The notes under the pieces: model-generated
The model's database searches: none
The model's input: the letters and a program-made list of their open reading frames with translations, nothing else
What the model was told of the DNA's origin: nothing
Made by a program: the position numbers and the translations under genes
Source: Candidatus Saccharimonadia bacterium
GTDB lineage: Bacteria > Patescibacteriota > Saccharimonadia > CAILAD01 > BJGX01
Assembly: GCA_039738635.1 (NCBI GenBank)
Contig: JBCLLN010000003.1
Span: 259 to 64,258 of the forward strand
Length of the DNA stretch: 64,000 bases
Reading direction: 5' to 3'
Shown here: positions 1 through 9,803 of the stretch, piece by piece
Layout: each line of letters starts with the position of its first letter
How positions within the stretch are numbered: the first letter of the stretch is position 1

Positions 1-803
1 CGGATTTGACGAATAAAATTGGGGATAGCAATCTGTCTTGACAACCTCTGGGGTTGGCGGACTAGCCTCCATGCCCACTCTAGTGATAGCTTCCTTAGCC
101 AGCTTGGAGCGCGTCTAATTTTGCCACCAAGGCTATGATAATCAAAGCTTCCACCCTCTCCGATAATTACACTAGCATTAAGCTTGGATAGATGCTTTAA
201 AATAAATTTTTCTTGCTTTGGAAAGCCAAGAGCACAGAATAATACATCAACATTAGCCCTAGCTATCTGACTCACTAAATTTTCTTCTTGGTTGGGATTA
301 AAGTACCCCGACCATACAGTTAGCTTGATATTATGGAATTTGCTAGTGAGTGCCCGCTTAGTTATGGCTATATCTCTAGGGCCACCGAGAACACCAACCT
401 TTAAGCCTGCCTTATTAGCTGCCCTTAAGAGAGGTAATGTTTGATCCACTCCAGCCATTCGCTCGGGAATTATTTGATTCCGCCACCCGTGAGATTGCAG
501 CCTAAAGAGCAAACTAGCGAAGGCCGGAAAGATGCCTGGGTTAATCCTGGGCTGACCATACAGATAGCTCGCTGCCCATTGCAGTGCGGTGGAATCAGCA
601 ACATTAATATCAGATTTATTGAGCATCGAGGCTATATTCTCGTTTTTGCCAGCCAGCGCCATAAATTCTACATAGGGCTTAAAAATTACCAACGGTTTAT
701 TGTTAGGCTTTAGGGCGGTACTAATAATTAAGTTATTGACCTCACTAATGGTTGCTAGGTCAATCCTAACCCCTAGAATACTAATAGATTTATTATTTGG
801 CAT
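1..803 (-). CDS. WecB/TagA/CpsF-family glycosyltransferase, C-terminal end cut by window edge
   Basis: Not in the ORF track because there is no stop in the window. Manual translation from the ATG at 803 gives MPNNKSISILGVRIDL...ALGFPKQEKF...GEGGSFDY...RRAPSWLRKLSLEWAWRLVRQPQRLSRQ. This matches the family's PKQE / GGxFD / RAP..LEW..RL blocks. The start overlaps the upstream gene's stop by 11 nt. Confidence 0.75.
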   Translation of the reverse strand, partial: MPNNKSISILGVRIDLATISEVNNLIISTALKPNNKPLVIFKPYVEFMALAGKNENIASMLNKSDINVADSTALQWAASYLYGQPRINPGIFPAFASLLFRLQSHGWRNQIIPERMAGVDQTLPLLRAANKAGLKVGVLGGPRDIAITKRALTSKFHNIKLTVWSGYFNPNQEENLVSQIARANVDVLFCALGFPKQEKFILKHLSKLNASVIIGEGGSFDYHSLGGKIRRAPSWLRKLSLEWAWRLVRQPQRLSRQIAIPNFIRQI

Positions 804-1893
804 TAACTACCTCGCGGAGTTTTTTGGCAAATATGCTAGCGTCAAATGTGGTGAATATATAATCGTTTTTAAGCTTGTAATTACCCTCAAATTTAGACTC
901 AAACTTAACTACGGCACGGTTCAGAGACGCTTGGGTAGGCTTATCAAAAAACACACCAGTAGCTGCTTCGTTAATTATTTCTCTGGCTCCACCTCCCTTT
1001 AGTGCAATTACGGCAGTGCCGGCAGCAATAGCCTCAACCATTGTAATGCCAAAGTCTTCTCTGCTACAAAACACAAAACCCTTGGCGTGTTGTAATAGCT
1101 TTTGGCGCCGAGCATCATCTACTCGCCCTAGAAATTCAATATTATCAAATTCTGCCGATAGAACCTTTAGTCTATGGCTATCAGGCCCGTCCCCAGCAAT
1201 TATTAGCGATTGTCCATTCTGCCCAAAGGCCTTGATGGCTAGCTCAATATTTTTGTACTTGCTGAGCACCGAAACTATTAAGTAATAGTCCTTTTTAGTG
1301 ACTGCCTGGGGCTTGAACATACTGGTATCTACGGGGGGATAGATGACCTTGCTTGGCTGGCGATAGAACTTAGTAATTCTACTAGCCACATAATTACTAA
1401 TAGCTATAAACTTAGTACCGTTTTGGGCTTGATAATAATCCCATAACCTCAAACTAGAGGCTAATCTGGTAACAAAAAATCTCCGAACTGGCCCTAATTT
1501 ATAATTATCAAGATACTTGGGCCAGCTATCCCAAAGCATTCTGGCTGGGCTAAAACAATAGCAATAGTGCTTGCCGTTGGCTGGTGGGGTAATATTCTTG
1601 ACCCAAGCGCTAGAACTACTGATAACCAAATCGTAGCTGTTAAAATCCCACTTTTGGATTGATTTTTTGATAAAAGGCAGTAGCAAGCTAGGGCGAGCTT
1701 TAATAAATCCGGGAAACTTTTGTAATCGTGAAGTATAAATACTTCTACCTTTTAAAAACTTATCAAATTTATTGGGGTTATAGATTAGGGTGTATATATC
1801 AGCCTGGGGGTATAATTTGGCTAGTTCAAATAATACATTTTCTCCGCCACCAACCTTTTGATTCAGCCAATCATGGGCAATGGCTACCTTCAC
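793..1893 (-). CDS. GT4-family (GT-B fold) glycosyltransferase
   Basis: 366-aa ORF. The C-terminal block REDFGITMVEAIAAGTAVIALKGGGAREII is typical of retaining GT4 enzymes. Translationally coupled to its neighbours. Confidence 0.75.
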   Translation of the reverse strand: MKVAIAHDWLNQKVGGGENVLFELAKLYPQADIYTLIYNPNKFDKFLKGRSIYTSRLQKFPGFIKARPSLLLPFIKKSIQKWDFNSYDLVISSSSAWVKNITPPANGKHYCYCFSPARMLWDSWPKYLDNYKLGPVRRFFVTRLASSLRLWDYYQAQNGTKFIAISNYVASRITKFYRQPSKVIYPPVDTSMFKPQAVTKKDYYLIVSVLSKYKNIELAIKAFGQNGQSLIIAGDGPDSHRLKVLSAEFDNIEFLGRVDDARRQKLLQHAKGFVFCSREDFGITMVEAIAAGTAVIALKGGGAREIINEAATGVFFDKPTQASLNRAVVKFESKFEGNYKLKNDYIFTTFDASIFAKKLREVVNAK

Positions 1894-3167
1894 GCTGACC
1901 GGCCTTTATAAAGCCCATATAGCGCAAACATAATTAGAACAAGAGTGGAGTCAGCCCAAGTATGCAAAAATAATGACATGACTAGTATTCCAACTGTGGC
2001 GCCAAACAAGCTGACTGCTAAGGGATTATTACGATCTCGAAGCATCCCAGCTAGTAACCCAGCAAATGCAATGATATAGAGTAGTAACCCAACTAGGCCA
2101 ATCTCGTAGGCAATTTGCAGGTACCAGTTCTCTATAATTACAGGGTGCGTGCCCTTAAAGCTGGCTGGGCCAGCTGAGCCTAGTCCGTGCCCAAACGGTC
2201 GAGCCACGATACTATTGGTGGTAGCGGATATCGCCTCTAGCCTATTTTGGTCAGAGCCTTCAATACGGTTTTCAAAATATCTTCCGTGCAATAGGACGCC
2301 TTCGATAGTTGTATTTTTACCAATCTGCGATGATACTAGCACGCCTGCTGAAAAAATCAGTGCTATTGAGGCTACTACAAAATATACTCGCGCCTTCTTA
2401 TTAAGTGCGATTACCATTACGGCAAAAATAGCTACTATTGCACCCAGCCAAGCACTCCTAGAGTAGCTTAAAAATATCGCCATAAGAACTGGCAGAGCAA
2501 GCAAAAGTAGCTTCCACTTTTTTTGCATAATAGCATATGATAGGCAAAATACCAGTGGGATAACAAGATAGGCGCCAAGCTGGTTAGGACCACCAAGCGT
2601 TGAAAAAGCCCGATAAAACTTTAATGAACCATCTACTATCTGACGAGGATCAATAGTGGCAACACTATAGCCTAGCTGTTCCAAGAACTCTGGGGGCAAA
2701 ATTAAGCCTTGGAGTATAGCCAAAACCGACACGATAACACCGGGAATAATGACAATCCACATTAGCTTTCTTTTTACATAGGCCTTGCTAGGTAAGGGAG
2801 TTTGGGCAATAAAGTACAGGGCAATGGCTACAAGATTGGTTTTAATACCAAATAAAACCGCCTCTGATTCTGGCCTAACAAAAATAGTTACTAGTATGCT
2901 TATAAAGACAATTAGCATAAAGAATACATTGGCGGTGTCTGGCTTAATAGTAAGCCGGCGTTTAGATAGCATGAATATAGTCCAAAATACCCCAAGAACT
3001 ATTATAAATACTTCTTTCCATGACTGAATAATGGTTTGGCTAGCGCCCATTGAGCCAAGATAAATACTAAAAAAAGCATGAAAAGGCATTAGTATTAAAA
3101 CAACAGCCATTCCTAGCCCAACGAGTCTTTGCGAAATTGCTTGGAGGTTTTGGCGAGTAATAATCAT
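1890..3167 (-). CDS. O-antigen ligase/polymerase-like (Wzy_C-type) polytopic membrane protein
   Basis: 425 aa, about 10 or more hydrophobic helices. Has a central SYSRSAWLGAIVA-type loop segment as in O-antigen ligase domains. Sits beside glycosyltransferases. Confidence 0.6.
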   Translation of the reverse strand: MIITRQNLQAISQRLVGLGMAVVLILMPFHAFFSIYLGSMGASQTIIQSWKEVFIIVLGVFWTIFMLSKRRLTIKPDTANVFFMLIVFISILVTIFVRPESEAVLFGIKTNLVAIALYFIAQTPLPSKAYVKRKLMWIVIIPGVIVSVLAILQGLILPPEFLEQLGYSVATIDPRQIVDGSLKFYRAFSTLGGPNQLGAYLVIPLVFCLSYAIMQKKWKLLLLALPVLMAIFLSYSRSAWLGAIVAIFAVMVIALNKKARVYFVVASIALIFSAGVLVSSQIGKNTTIEGVLLHGRYFENRIEGSDQNRLEAISATTNSIVARPFGHGLGSAGPASFKGTHPVIIENWYLQIAYEIGLVGLLLYIIAFAGLLAGMLRDRNNPLAVSLFGATVGILVMSLFLHTWADSTLVLIMFALYGLYKGRSA

Positions 3168-4171
3168 TTGCTACTTATAACACTCCTCATATACTCATCT
3201 AGATGCTCTAACGCCGTACCTGTACCCTTAATAACGCACAGCAATGGCTCCTCGGCAATATAAGCTGGCACCCCTGTGACCTTGGTCATAAGCTTATCAA
3301 TGTTTCTAAGTAATGCCCCGCCACCAGTAATAATCATCCCTCGGTCAATGATATCACTCGATAATTCTGGTGGCGTCTGCTCTAGAACAACCTTAACAGC
3401 CAGAATGATTTCGTCGAGTCGTTCCTTAATCGCCCCAGTAATCTCGGTGCTAGTGACCTCGATGGTCTTAGGAAGGCCCCCCACCACATCTCTACCTCTG
3501 ACTTGCATTGTTTTGGGCTTATCGAGGGCCGTAGCGGAGCCGATAGTAACCTTAATATTCTCGGCAGTCTGAACGCCTACCACTAGACCGTGCCTTTTAC
3601 GGATATGTTCGGCAATTGCCGAGCTGATCCGGCCTCCCCCCACACGAACGGAGTTCTGGGCAACAATACCTCCTAAAGATATAATTGCCACCTCGGTTGT
3701 TCCCTCGCCAATATCTACCACCAAATTACCAGCTGGCGCTGAAATTGGCACATTTGCACCGATAGCGGCGGCAACTGGTGAGCGTATGATATATACCTTC
3801 TTTGCCCCAGCTGCAATGGCGGCGTCTATCACTGCCCTTCGCTCGGTAGATGTAACACCAGTAGGAACGCTTATCATAAGCTCTGGTCTACGGAGACGCA
3901 CATGCCCAGTAATCTTATTGATAAAATACTTTATTAAAGATTCAGTAATGCGATAATTGGCGATTACTCCATTTCGTAACGGCTTGGAGGCAATTATAAT
4001 ATCTGGGGTTCGCCCCAGCATTTCCTTGGCTTCATTCCCGATTGCCACAATCCTATTATCATCAACGCTAATAGCCACCACCGAGGGCTCATTTGCGACT
4101 AAGCCTTTCTTGGGTATATATACTCTGGTATTGGCCGTGCCTAGGTCAATAGCGATGCGTTTATTAAACAT
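3164..4171 (-). CDS. mreB: MreB/Mbl-like actin-family rod-shape protein (second paralog)
   Basis: N-terminus IAIDLGTANTRVY, plus the DIGEGTTEVAIISLGG and ITGGGALLRNIDK phosphate/adenosine motifs. Confidence 0.85.
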   Translation of the reverse strand: MFNKRIAIDLGTANTRVYIPKKGLVANEPSVVAISVDDNRIVAIGNEAKEMLGRTPDIIIASKPLRNGVIANYRITESLIKYFINKITGHVRLRRPELMISVPTGVTSTERRAVIDAAIAAGAKKVYIIRSPVAAAIGANVPISAPAGNLVVDIGEGTTEVAIISLGGIVAQNSVRVGGGRISSAIAEHIRKRHGLVVGVQTAENIKVTIGSATALDKPKTMQVRGRDVVGGLPKTIEVTSTEITGAIKERLDEIILAVKVVLEQTPPELSSDIIDRGMIITGGGALLRNIDKLMTKVTGVPAYIAEEPLLCVIKGTGTALEHLDEYMRSVISSK

Positions 4172-4189
4172 AGCTCTATTTTAACAGTT

Positions 4190-5446
4190 TTAGGAGGTAA
4201 TGCGAGATATTTTTGCCCCCACCGATCTTAGCCTGCCATCAAGATATTCGTGCCCACGATCGATATGATCAATCCTATCGATGGTTGTTGTGCCATGAGC
4301 GATAATAGCGGCTATTAAGATGGTGGCGCCAGCTCTAATATCAAAGGACACTAAGTCTGTACCTCGCAGAGTGGTAGGGCCCTCGACTAGACCAGTGTGA
4401 CTATCCCGAACATTAACATGAGCACCCATTCGTTGCAGCTCAAATAAATGCTGCAAGCGCCCCTCGTAGAGAGTTTCAAATATCTCTGATACGCCTGTTG
4501 CTTGAGTACAAAGTACGGACATTGGTGCCTGTAAATCACTAGGAAAGCCTGGATAAATATCGGTCCTAATGTTGGTGGCGCGGAGATTTTTGGAAGCTAA
4601 AATATGTATTTTGCGCTTTGATAATATTTTGTAATTCACTCCCATACGGGAAAACGAACTTAGTAATGCATCGTGATGGTTAACTATAAAATCGTCAATA
4701 ATTAGGTTTCCCCCCGAAGCCGCTGCTGCTATCGCAAAAGTACCAGACTCAAGATAGTCAGGCCAAATATCACCCTGCCCGCCGTTGAGTGCCCTAACTC
4801 CCTCAACAACTAGCTCATGGCTACCGATGCCTGATATTTTAGCCCCCAGACTATTTAAAAACTGGCACAGTCCAACCACATGAGGCTCAGTTGCGGCCAT
4901 CCTTATCTCTGTTGTACCCTTTGTTAGTACTGCCGCCAAAATGATATTCTCTGTTGCCGTTACACTGACTTCACCTAGCACCAATCGCTCACTCTTGAGC
5001 TGGCCCTTAAGAATTAAGCAATCCCCACTGGCAACTAACTTAGCCCCCATAGCCTCCAGCGCATTAATATGCGAATCAACTGGCCTAGAACCAATAAAAT
5101 CACCCCCCGGATGACCTAAATTGACCTCCCCAAATCTAGCCAGTGCCGGCCCTAATATAAGTATTGAAGCCCTTAGCTGGCTTGTTAGCTCGGACGGGAT
5201 GGGCATTGGCCTAGCATTCTCTCCATTACATATCAATCCACTTCTACTACGCTCAATTCTTACCCCAAAAATTTCAAGAATTTTAATCATAGCTTCAACA
5301 TCAGCTATATCGGGGATGTTATGAAGCATAGTATCTTGAGTGGTTAGAAGCATTGCCGCTAGCATTGGTAGCACATGGTTTTTGCTACCTGCGGTTTTTA
5401 TACTACCCTCTAGCTTGGTAGGGCCTTCAATAATTAGTTTTTGCAA
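4190..5446 (-). CDS. murA: UDP-N-acetylglucosamine 1-carboxyvinyltransferase
   Basis: 418 aa. GSKNHVLPMLAA near the N-terminus and EPSP-synthase-fold repeats. Length and sequence are typical of MurA. Confidence 0.9.
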   Translation of the reverse strand: MQKLIIEGPTKLEGSIKTAGSKNHVLPMLAAMLLTTQDTMLHNIPDIADVEAMIKILEIFGVRIERSRSGLICNGENARPMPIPSELTSQLRASILILGPALARFGEVNLGHPGGDFIGSRPVDSHINALEAMGAKLVASGDCLILKGQLKSERLVLGEVSVTATENIILAAVLTKGTTEIRMAATEPHVVGLCQFLNSLGAKISGIGSHELVVEGVRALNGGQGDIWPDYLESGTFAIAAAASGGNLIIDDFIVNHHDALLSSFSRMGVNYKILSKRKIHILASKNLRATNIRTDIYPGFPSDLQAPMSVLCTQATGVSEIFETLYEGRLQHLFELQRMGAHVNVRDSHTGLVEGPTTLRGTDLVSFDIRAGATILIAAIIAHGTTTIDRIDHIDRGHEYLDGRLRSVGAKISRITS

Positions 5447-5522
5447 TTTGCTTTTAGTTCCTTTAATTTAAGTGTTCATTTCAACCCATAACTAGTCTAT
5501 AATTACAGCAGTTATAATAGCT

Positions 5523-6923
5523 ATGATATCACACAAAACACGCGCCCCACTGACTATCGCCATCGGTACTATTATTGTCACAGTAGGTACTATTTTACTG
5601 GTGGCCTTTGCCTCTGGATATAATATTGATATTTTTAAAGGAGAAGTATATACCACAGGGCTAGTCCTACTTAACACTAATCCGTCAGGATCCTCAATTA
5701 AAATCAACTCCAAACAAATAACCCAAAAGACTCCCTACCGACTAGAGAATGCCACCACCGGTACCATCAGTGTTGATTATTTTAAACCCAATTATCACAG
5801 CTGGCATGCTAATTTTTTTATAAAGGCTGGGCAAGTAGTTTTTGCCAACTACGCCCTACTAATTGCCAATGATATCACAGTTAACAAAAGCGAATCGAAG
5901 ATTGCCTTAACTAATATCATGTCTAGCCCGGACAGCCAAAAAGTATTTGGTTTTACTAATTCCCCGGGTAGCATCTTTGAGGTCATGCCTAATTCTGAGC
6001 TTCGAAGTATTACCACACTTCCCATCAACCCTTCATTAAAACCTCCAAACAAGCTAGAAAAACCTATAATTAGCATCGATGGTTCGGTAATTATTTCATC
6101 TGCCTCATATGACGATAGCGTGCCAGTCACATTCTGGACTAAAACCGGTAATGGCGAAACGCGTAATATCGACGAGCTCTGGGGTAATGGCGTTAAGTCA
6201 ATCAAGATAAACCCTAACAACACTAGCGAGCTCTTTGGTCTAAAATTGGGACAAATCAAAAAACTAAACCTATCCAGTAGGGAGAGTAAGACTCTGGCAA
6301 TCTCTAATATCTCTAGCTACAGCATTGATTCAAATTATATCTTTACCTTAGAGAATCTTACCCCTGCCGAAAACGGACAATTCTTGGTTCGCTATGATCA
6401 TAATGGTAACAATCGATATGTGCTTTCTAGCTTTGGCCCAGCCACTACTGCCTGGGCCTTAACTGCTACAAGGCTTAACAACCAAATAATGCTTAGCATT
6501 TTAAACCCAGCCTCGGGTGGGTTGTATGTGTTTCGTGAGCTGGATGGCAAAAACCTTATCTCTTTTGTTGGTGAGGGCATTACTAGCCCAATATTTAGCC
6601 CGAATGGCAGATTTATTAGTTTCTCTCAATCTGATAAACTCAGGACTATCGACATTGACTATACCGACCGCTACAGCGCGCCAGGTAGCGGAACAATAGC
6701 CTGGCTTGGTGAATACCAAATAATCATTAGCCGGCCAGACGGCTTGCATATCATCGACTTTAATGGTTTTAACGAAATAAAACTTCCTCCAAATACCGCC
6801 AGTCGTGATAGCTATATCTCGGCTCTGCGTAGTAGCACTAAGAGTATTTATTATTTGCATGATGGTAAGCTTCATAGCTATACTCTCGCACCAGACAACA
6901 GCATAATTAATTTTAATAGGTAG
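5523..6923 (+). CDS. Membrane-anchored PEGA-domain / PD40 beta-propeller-like protein
   Basis: N-terminal TM helix. PEGA-like segment LLNTNPSGSSIKINSKQITQKTPYRL. Later a TolB-like repeat, SPIFSPNGRFISFS. Confidence 0.45.
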   Translation: MISHKTRAPLTIAIGTIIVTVGTILLVAFASGYNIDIFKGEVYTTGLVLLNTNPSGSSIKINSKQITQKTPYRLENATTGTISVDYFKPNYHSWHANFFIKAGQVVFANYALLIANDITVNKSESKIALTNIMSSPDSQKVFGFTNSPGSIFEVMPNSELRSITTLPINPSLKPPNKLEKPIISIDGSVIISSASYDDSVPVTFWTKTGNGETRNIDELWGNGVKSIKINPNNTSELFGLKLGQIKKLNLSSRESKTLAISNISSYSIDSNYIFTLENLTPAENGQFLVRYDHNGNNRYVLSSFGPATTAWALTATRLNNQIMLSILNPASGGLYVFRELDGKNLISFVGEGITSPIFSPNGRFISFSQSDKLRTIDIDYTDRYSAPGSGTIAWLGEYQIIISRPDGLHIIDFNGFNEIKLPPNTASRDSYISALRSSTKSIYYLHDGKLHSYTLAPDNSIINFNR

Positions 6924-7075
6924 ACTGTAAGGCTCCACTGGGATCTGTCGTAAACTATGAAATAAATACAGAGTAGCCACTAAGCCTGATGGTTAAGATT
7001 TGTAATTTTGCCTAGTTTGATACTATTATATATACTAGGCTATCGTGATAAGTAGAAAGTATGCTTAATTTTTAG

Positions 7076-7164
7076 GCCAGAGTGGTGGAATTGGTAGACA
7101 CGCACGACTCAAAATCGTGTGCTCTTAAATAAGCGTGTGGGTTCGAGTCCCACCTTTGGCACCA
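7076..7164 (+). tRNA. tRNA-Leu (anticodon CAA), class II long variable arm, CCA encoded
   Basis: Acceptor stem GCCAGAG/CTTTGGC. Anticodon stem CACGA/TCGTG with loop CTCAAAA. T arm GTGGGTTCGAGTCCCAC. Terminal ACCA. Confidence 0.9.
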
Positions 7165-7176
7165 TATTATTTTAGT

Positions 7177-7986
7177 TTAAAACTTACTATCTAAATACTT
7201 CTTGAGGGCTTCTGGGCCACCACCATCACTGGAGTATACCTCTCGGTATAAAAATCCACCGGCCTGGGCATACTCTAGCCAATTACTAGCCATAATTGGT
7301 TTTTTATCGGCCATTAAGCCAACAATGATCGCCACTAACTCAAAGCGATTTATATGCCTACTCGAATTAATTACGCAGGCCCTATGGCTACCTCTACTAT
7401 CAATTACTATAGCCTGATTATCCTCAACACAAACGACCCCCGAGCCTAATAATTGTGAGCTGTTGGTTAGCAACTGAGTTTTAAGATTTAGGCCTGATAG
7501 GGCCTTTGGGTATGATTGCTTACTAACAGCCAAGAGGCTCTTGGTATTGGCAAAGCAAAGCCGTAAGGGAGTATCAATGTCATCTCCTAATAACAGCTTG
7601 GGATAATCGGTAACAATTAAGCCCTGATAACTTTCTAATAGCCTACCAACAAAAATCTCCATAGCCGAACTAAGCTCACTGCCCACTATCAAAAAGACAA
7701 TTTCGCAATTACCCAATAGCTCAATGGCCTCATCGGTATTTTGATAGCTAAGTTTATTACTAGATTTTAAGAATAATTCTGCGGGAACCGCCGAAGGCTG
7801 GTGGTGTGAATCTACCATCAGAACTGGGCTATGGCCCATAGCCATAACAATAGAATAGATAGCGCTAATACTATTGAGCTGGACATGCTTGCCAGCAATA
7901 ATTCCAATACTAGATTTGTTTAATTTATTGACTGGCCTATTATAGAATATTGCACTATATTCCGAGCTATCGCTACTTTTAGGCAT
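7177..7986 (-). CDS. Hypothetical protein, divergent YjeF_C/Carb_kinase-like (NAD(P)HX dehydratase fold) lacking the GTGD motif
   Basis: 269 aa. The order of blocks resembles the YjeF C-terminal domain: IGIIAGKH.., IVFLIVGSEL.., VVCVEDNQAIVID... Where GTGDVLAG is expected the sequence reads RFELVAIIVGLMA. Confidence 0.4.
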   Translation of the reverse strand: MPKSSDSSEYSAIFYNRPVNKLNKSSIGIIAGKHVQLNSISAIYSIVMAMGHSPVLMVDSHHQPSAVPAELFLKSSNKLSYQNTDEAIELLGNCEIVFLIVGSELSSAMEIFVGRLLESYQGLIVTDYPKLLLGDDIDTPLRLCFANTKSLLAVSKQSYPKALSGLNLKTQLLTNSSQLLGSGVVCVEDNQAIVIDSRGSHRACVINSSRHINRFELVAIIVGLMADKKPIMASNWLEYAQAGGFLYREVYSSDGGGPEALKKYLDSKF

Positions 7987-8377
7987 CTATATAGAGCTTT
8001 ACTAGCTTATTGCTAAATAGTTTTGAATATTCAAATTTTTTCTGGTGCGAGGAAAGAATTTTAAGAGATTTTAATACACCGCTGGCTATTGGGACTACCT
8101 CGTCAATACTAGCTCTAGACAATTCACTTACGAGACGAGTATAGAACACCTCGCTTTGAAGGGTATTAGCTTGATATGATTTTTGGCGTAATCTAGCAAA
8201 AAACAAATTATGCTTTGGCCTTAAATAATCTGGCAATAGCTTTAGCAGGACTTTTTGGTGATTTATGGGCAAGCTAAAATACCAGGCGTCGATGACTGCC
8301 TTGGCATACCTCTCGGACTGAGCAGTATTTAATGCTCCGGTATATTGGCTAACTAGTGCTGTAAAATAATCTGGCAT
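7979..8377 (-). CDS. Hypothetical protein
   Basis: 132-aa ORF. Overlaps the downstream gene's start by 8 nt (coupled). No recognisable motif. Confidence 0.5.
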   Translation of the reverse strand: MPDYFTALVSQYTGALNTAQSERYAKAVIDAWYFSLPINHQKVLLKLLPDYLRPKHNLFFARLRQKSYQANTLQSEVFYTRLVSELSRASIDEVVPIASGVLKSLKILSSHQKKFEYSKLFSNKLVKLYIDA

Positions 8378-8422
8378 AATACAATATTATTGCTATACCA
8401 TACTACAATTTAGTGTTGGTGT

Positions 8423-8632
8423 CTAGCCTTTTGTTCTAATGGTTCTAATCTTATTCTCGGCCAGTTTTAGGTGTTTTTCTATCTGGGAGGCTAGCTCACT
8501 GCCCCTATCAAAGCGTTTGATGGCTTGATCTAGATCTATTTCGCTACCCTCTAGGTACTGGGTAATCTCTTCAAGCTCTCTGAGGGCTAGTGAATATTTA
8601 AAATCGGATGGTGGTTTATTATTTTTGGTCAT
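8423..8632 (-). CDS. xseB: Exodeoxyribonuclease VII small subunit
   Basis: 69 aa, with the LEEITQYLEGSEIDLDQAIKRFDRG pattern. Overlaps xseA. Confidence 0.8.
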   Translation of the reverse strand: MTKNNKPPSDFKYSLALRELEEITQYLEGSEIDLDQAIKRFDRGSELASQIEKHLKLAENKIRTIRTKG

Positions 8633-9803
8633 TGTTATTGCCTATCTTATTACCTGACATAATAATTTGTCCTTGGTGTAATTGTAGCACAATATTATCC
8701 CCCATCTTATAATCCCGAGCCGAGCGAATAACCCTACCATTAACTCTGGCGATACTATAACCCCTGGCTAAAATTGCCCTTGGGTCAAGGCTCCCTAGTA
8801 ATTTTCTATAGGAGTCTAGCTGATAATTTGAGGTTTTTAGTAGTTGCTCAACTGCCGAGGAAGACTGCGCAAACCTCAGCCCAAGCTCATAGCGTATGTT
8901 GCTAATCCTAGCTTCTATACTGTGATAGAATTTTTCTACACTAGCTCTACTACTAATCACCTCTGATTCTACGGCCAAGGTAATGCCAACCCTAAGCATT
9001 GCAACCTGATTCAATATATCCAGCCTATCGGGTACCAACCGACGAGCGGCATCTGAGGGAGTGGCTGCCCTTAAATCAGCTGCCAACTCAGCCAAGCAGA
9101 CATCGTCCTCGTGGCCGATGGCTACAAGTATTGGCACCACGCTGCCATAGACCGCCCTAACCACCTCCTCGGTATTAAAAACCTGCAAATCCTCAGCACT
9201 GCCTCCGCCCCTTATTAGCACTACAGCGTCATAGCTACTCTCCAGATTGTTAGCATAAGCGATAGCATCAGCTATTTGTGATAGCGCCACTGAACCCTGA
9301 ACCTGCACCTGAATATGATCTATAGTGAGGCCACTCCAGCGGTCGTTAATGATAGACAAAAAGTCATTATAGGCGGCTGCTTGCTTGGAGGTAATAAGTA
9401 AAACATTTGCTGGGAATTCCGGCAATGGCCTCTTACGGCTACTAGCAAACAAGCCTTCCTTGGCCAGTTTAGCCTTGAGTATCTCAAAAGACTTCTTGAC
9501 AGAGCCTTCGCCAGCCAATTCAATCTCACGGATAGTTAAGCTAAATTTTCCCCACTTAGTCAGCTGAGGTACGGCCTTAACTCTTATTAGCATTCCGTCC
9601 TGAATTTCTGATTTCAGATTATAAATGGTCATAAAACACCCCACCACGCTATCCTTATCCTTAAGATCAAAGAACACCCACTTATCATGGCTAACCTTAT
9701 AGCTCGATACCTCACCCTCAACAACAACTTCAGGGTAAGCGAATGACATTGTTTGGTTTATGAGAGCATTAAACTCACTAACCGTAATTGCTTCATTTCC
9801 CAT
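8619..9803 (-). CDS. xseA: Exodeoxyribonuclease VII large subunit
   Basis: 394 aa. N-terminal OB fold (VVVEGEVSSYK), the catalytic-core RGGGSAEDL motif and a coiled C-terminus. Confidence 0.85.
   Translation of the reverse strand: MGNEAITVSEFNALINQTMSFAYPEVVVEGEVSSYKVSHDKWVFFDLKDKDSVVGCFMTIYNLKSEIQDGMLIRVKAVPQLTKWGKFSLTIREIELAGEGSVKKSFEILKAKLAKEGLFASSRKRPLPEFPANVLLITSKQAAAYNDFLSIINDRWSGLTIDHIQVQVQGSVALSQIADAIAYANNLESSYDAVVLIRGGGSAEDLQVFNTEEVVRAVYGSVVPILVAIGHEDDVCLAELAADLRAATPSDAARRLVPDRLDILNQVAMLRVGITLAVESEVISSRASVEKFYHSIEARISNIRYELGLRFAQSSSAVEQLLKTSNYQLDSYRKLLGSLDPRAILARGYSIARVNGRVIRSARDYKMGDNIVLQLHQGQIIMSGNKIGNNNDQK

Noticed and set aside
5492-5713. Assorted 60-160-aa ORFs antisense to or overlapping well-supported genes throughout the window, for example 5492-5713, 6501-6980, 17920-18354, 33312-33773 and 62620-63129.
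   Set aside because: Each lies inside or opposite a gene with clear family motifs. They lack RBS or promoter context and have low-complexity translations.
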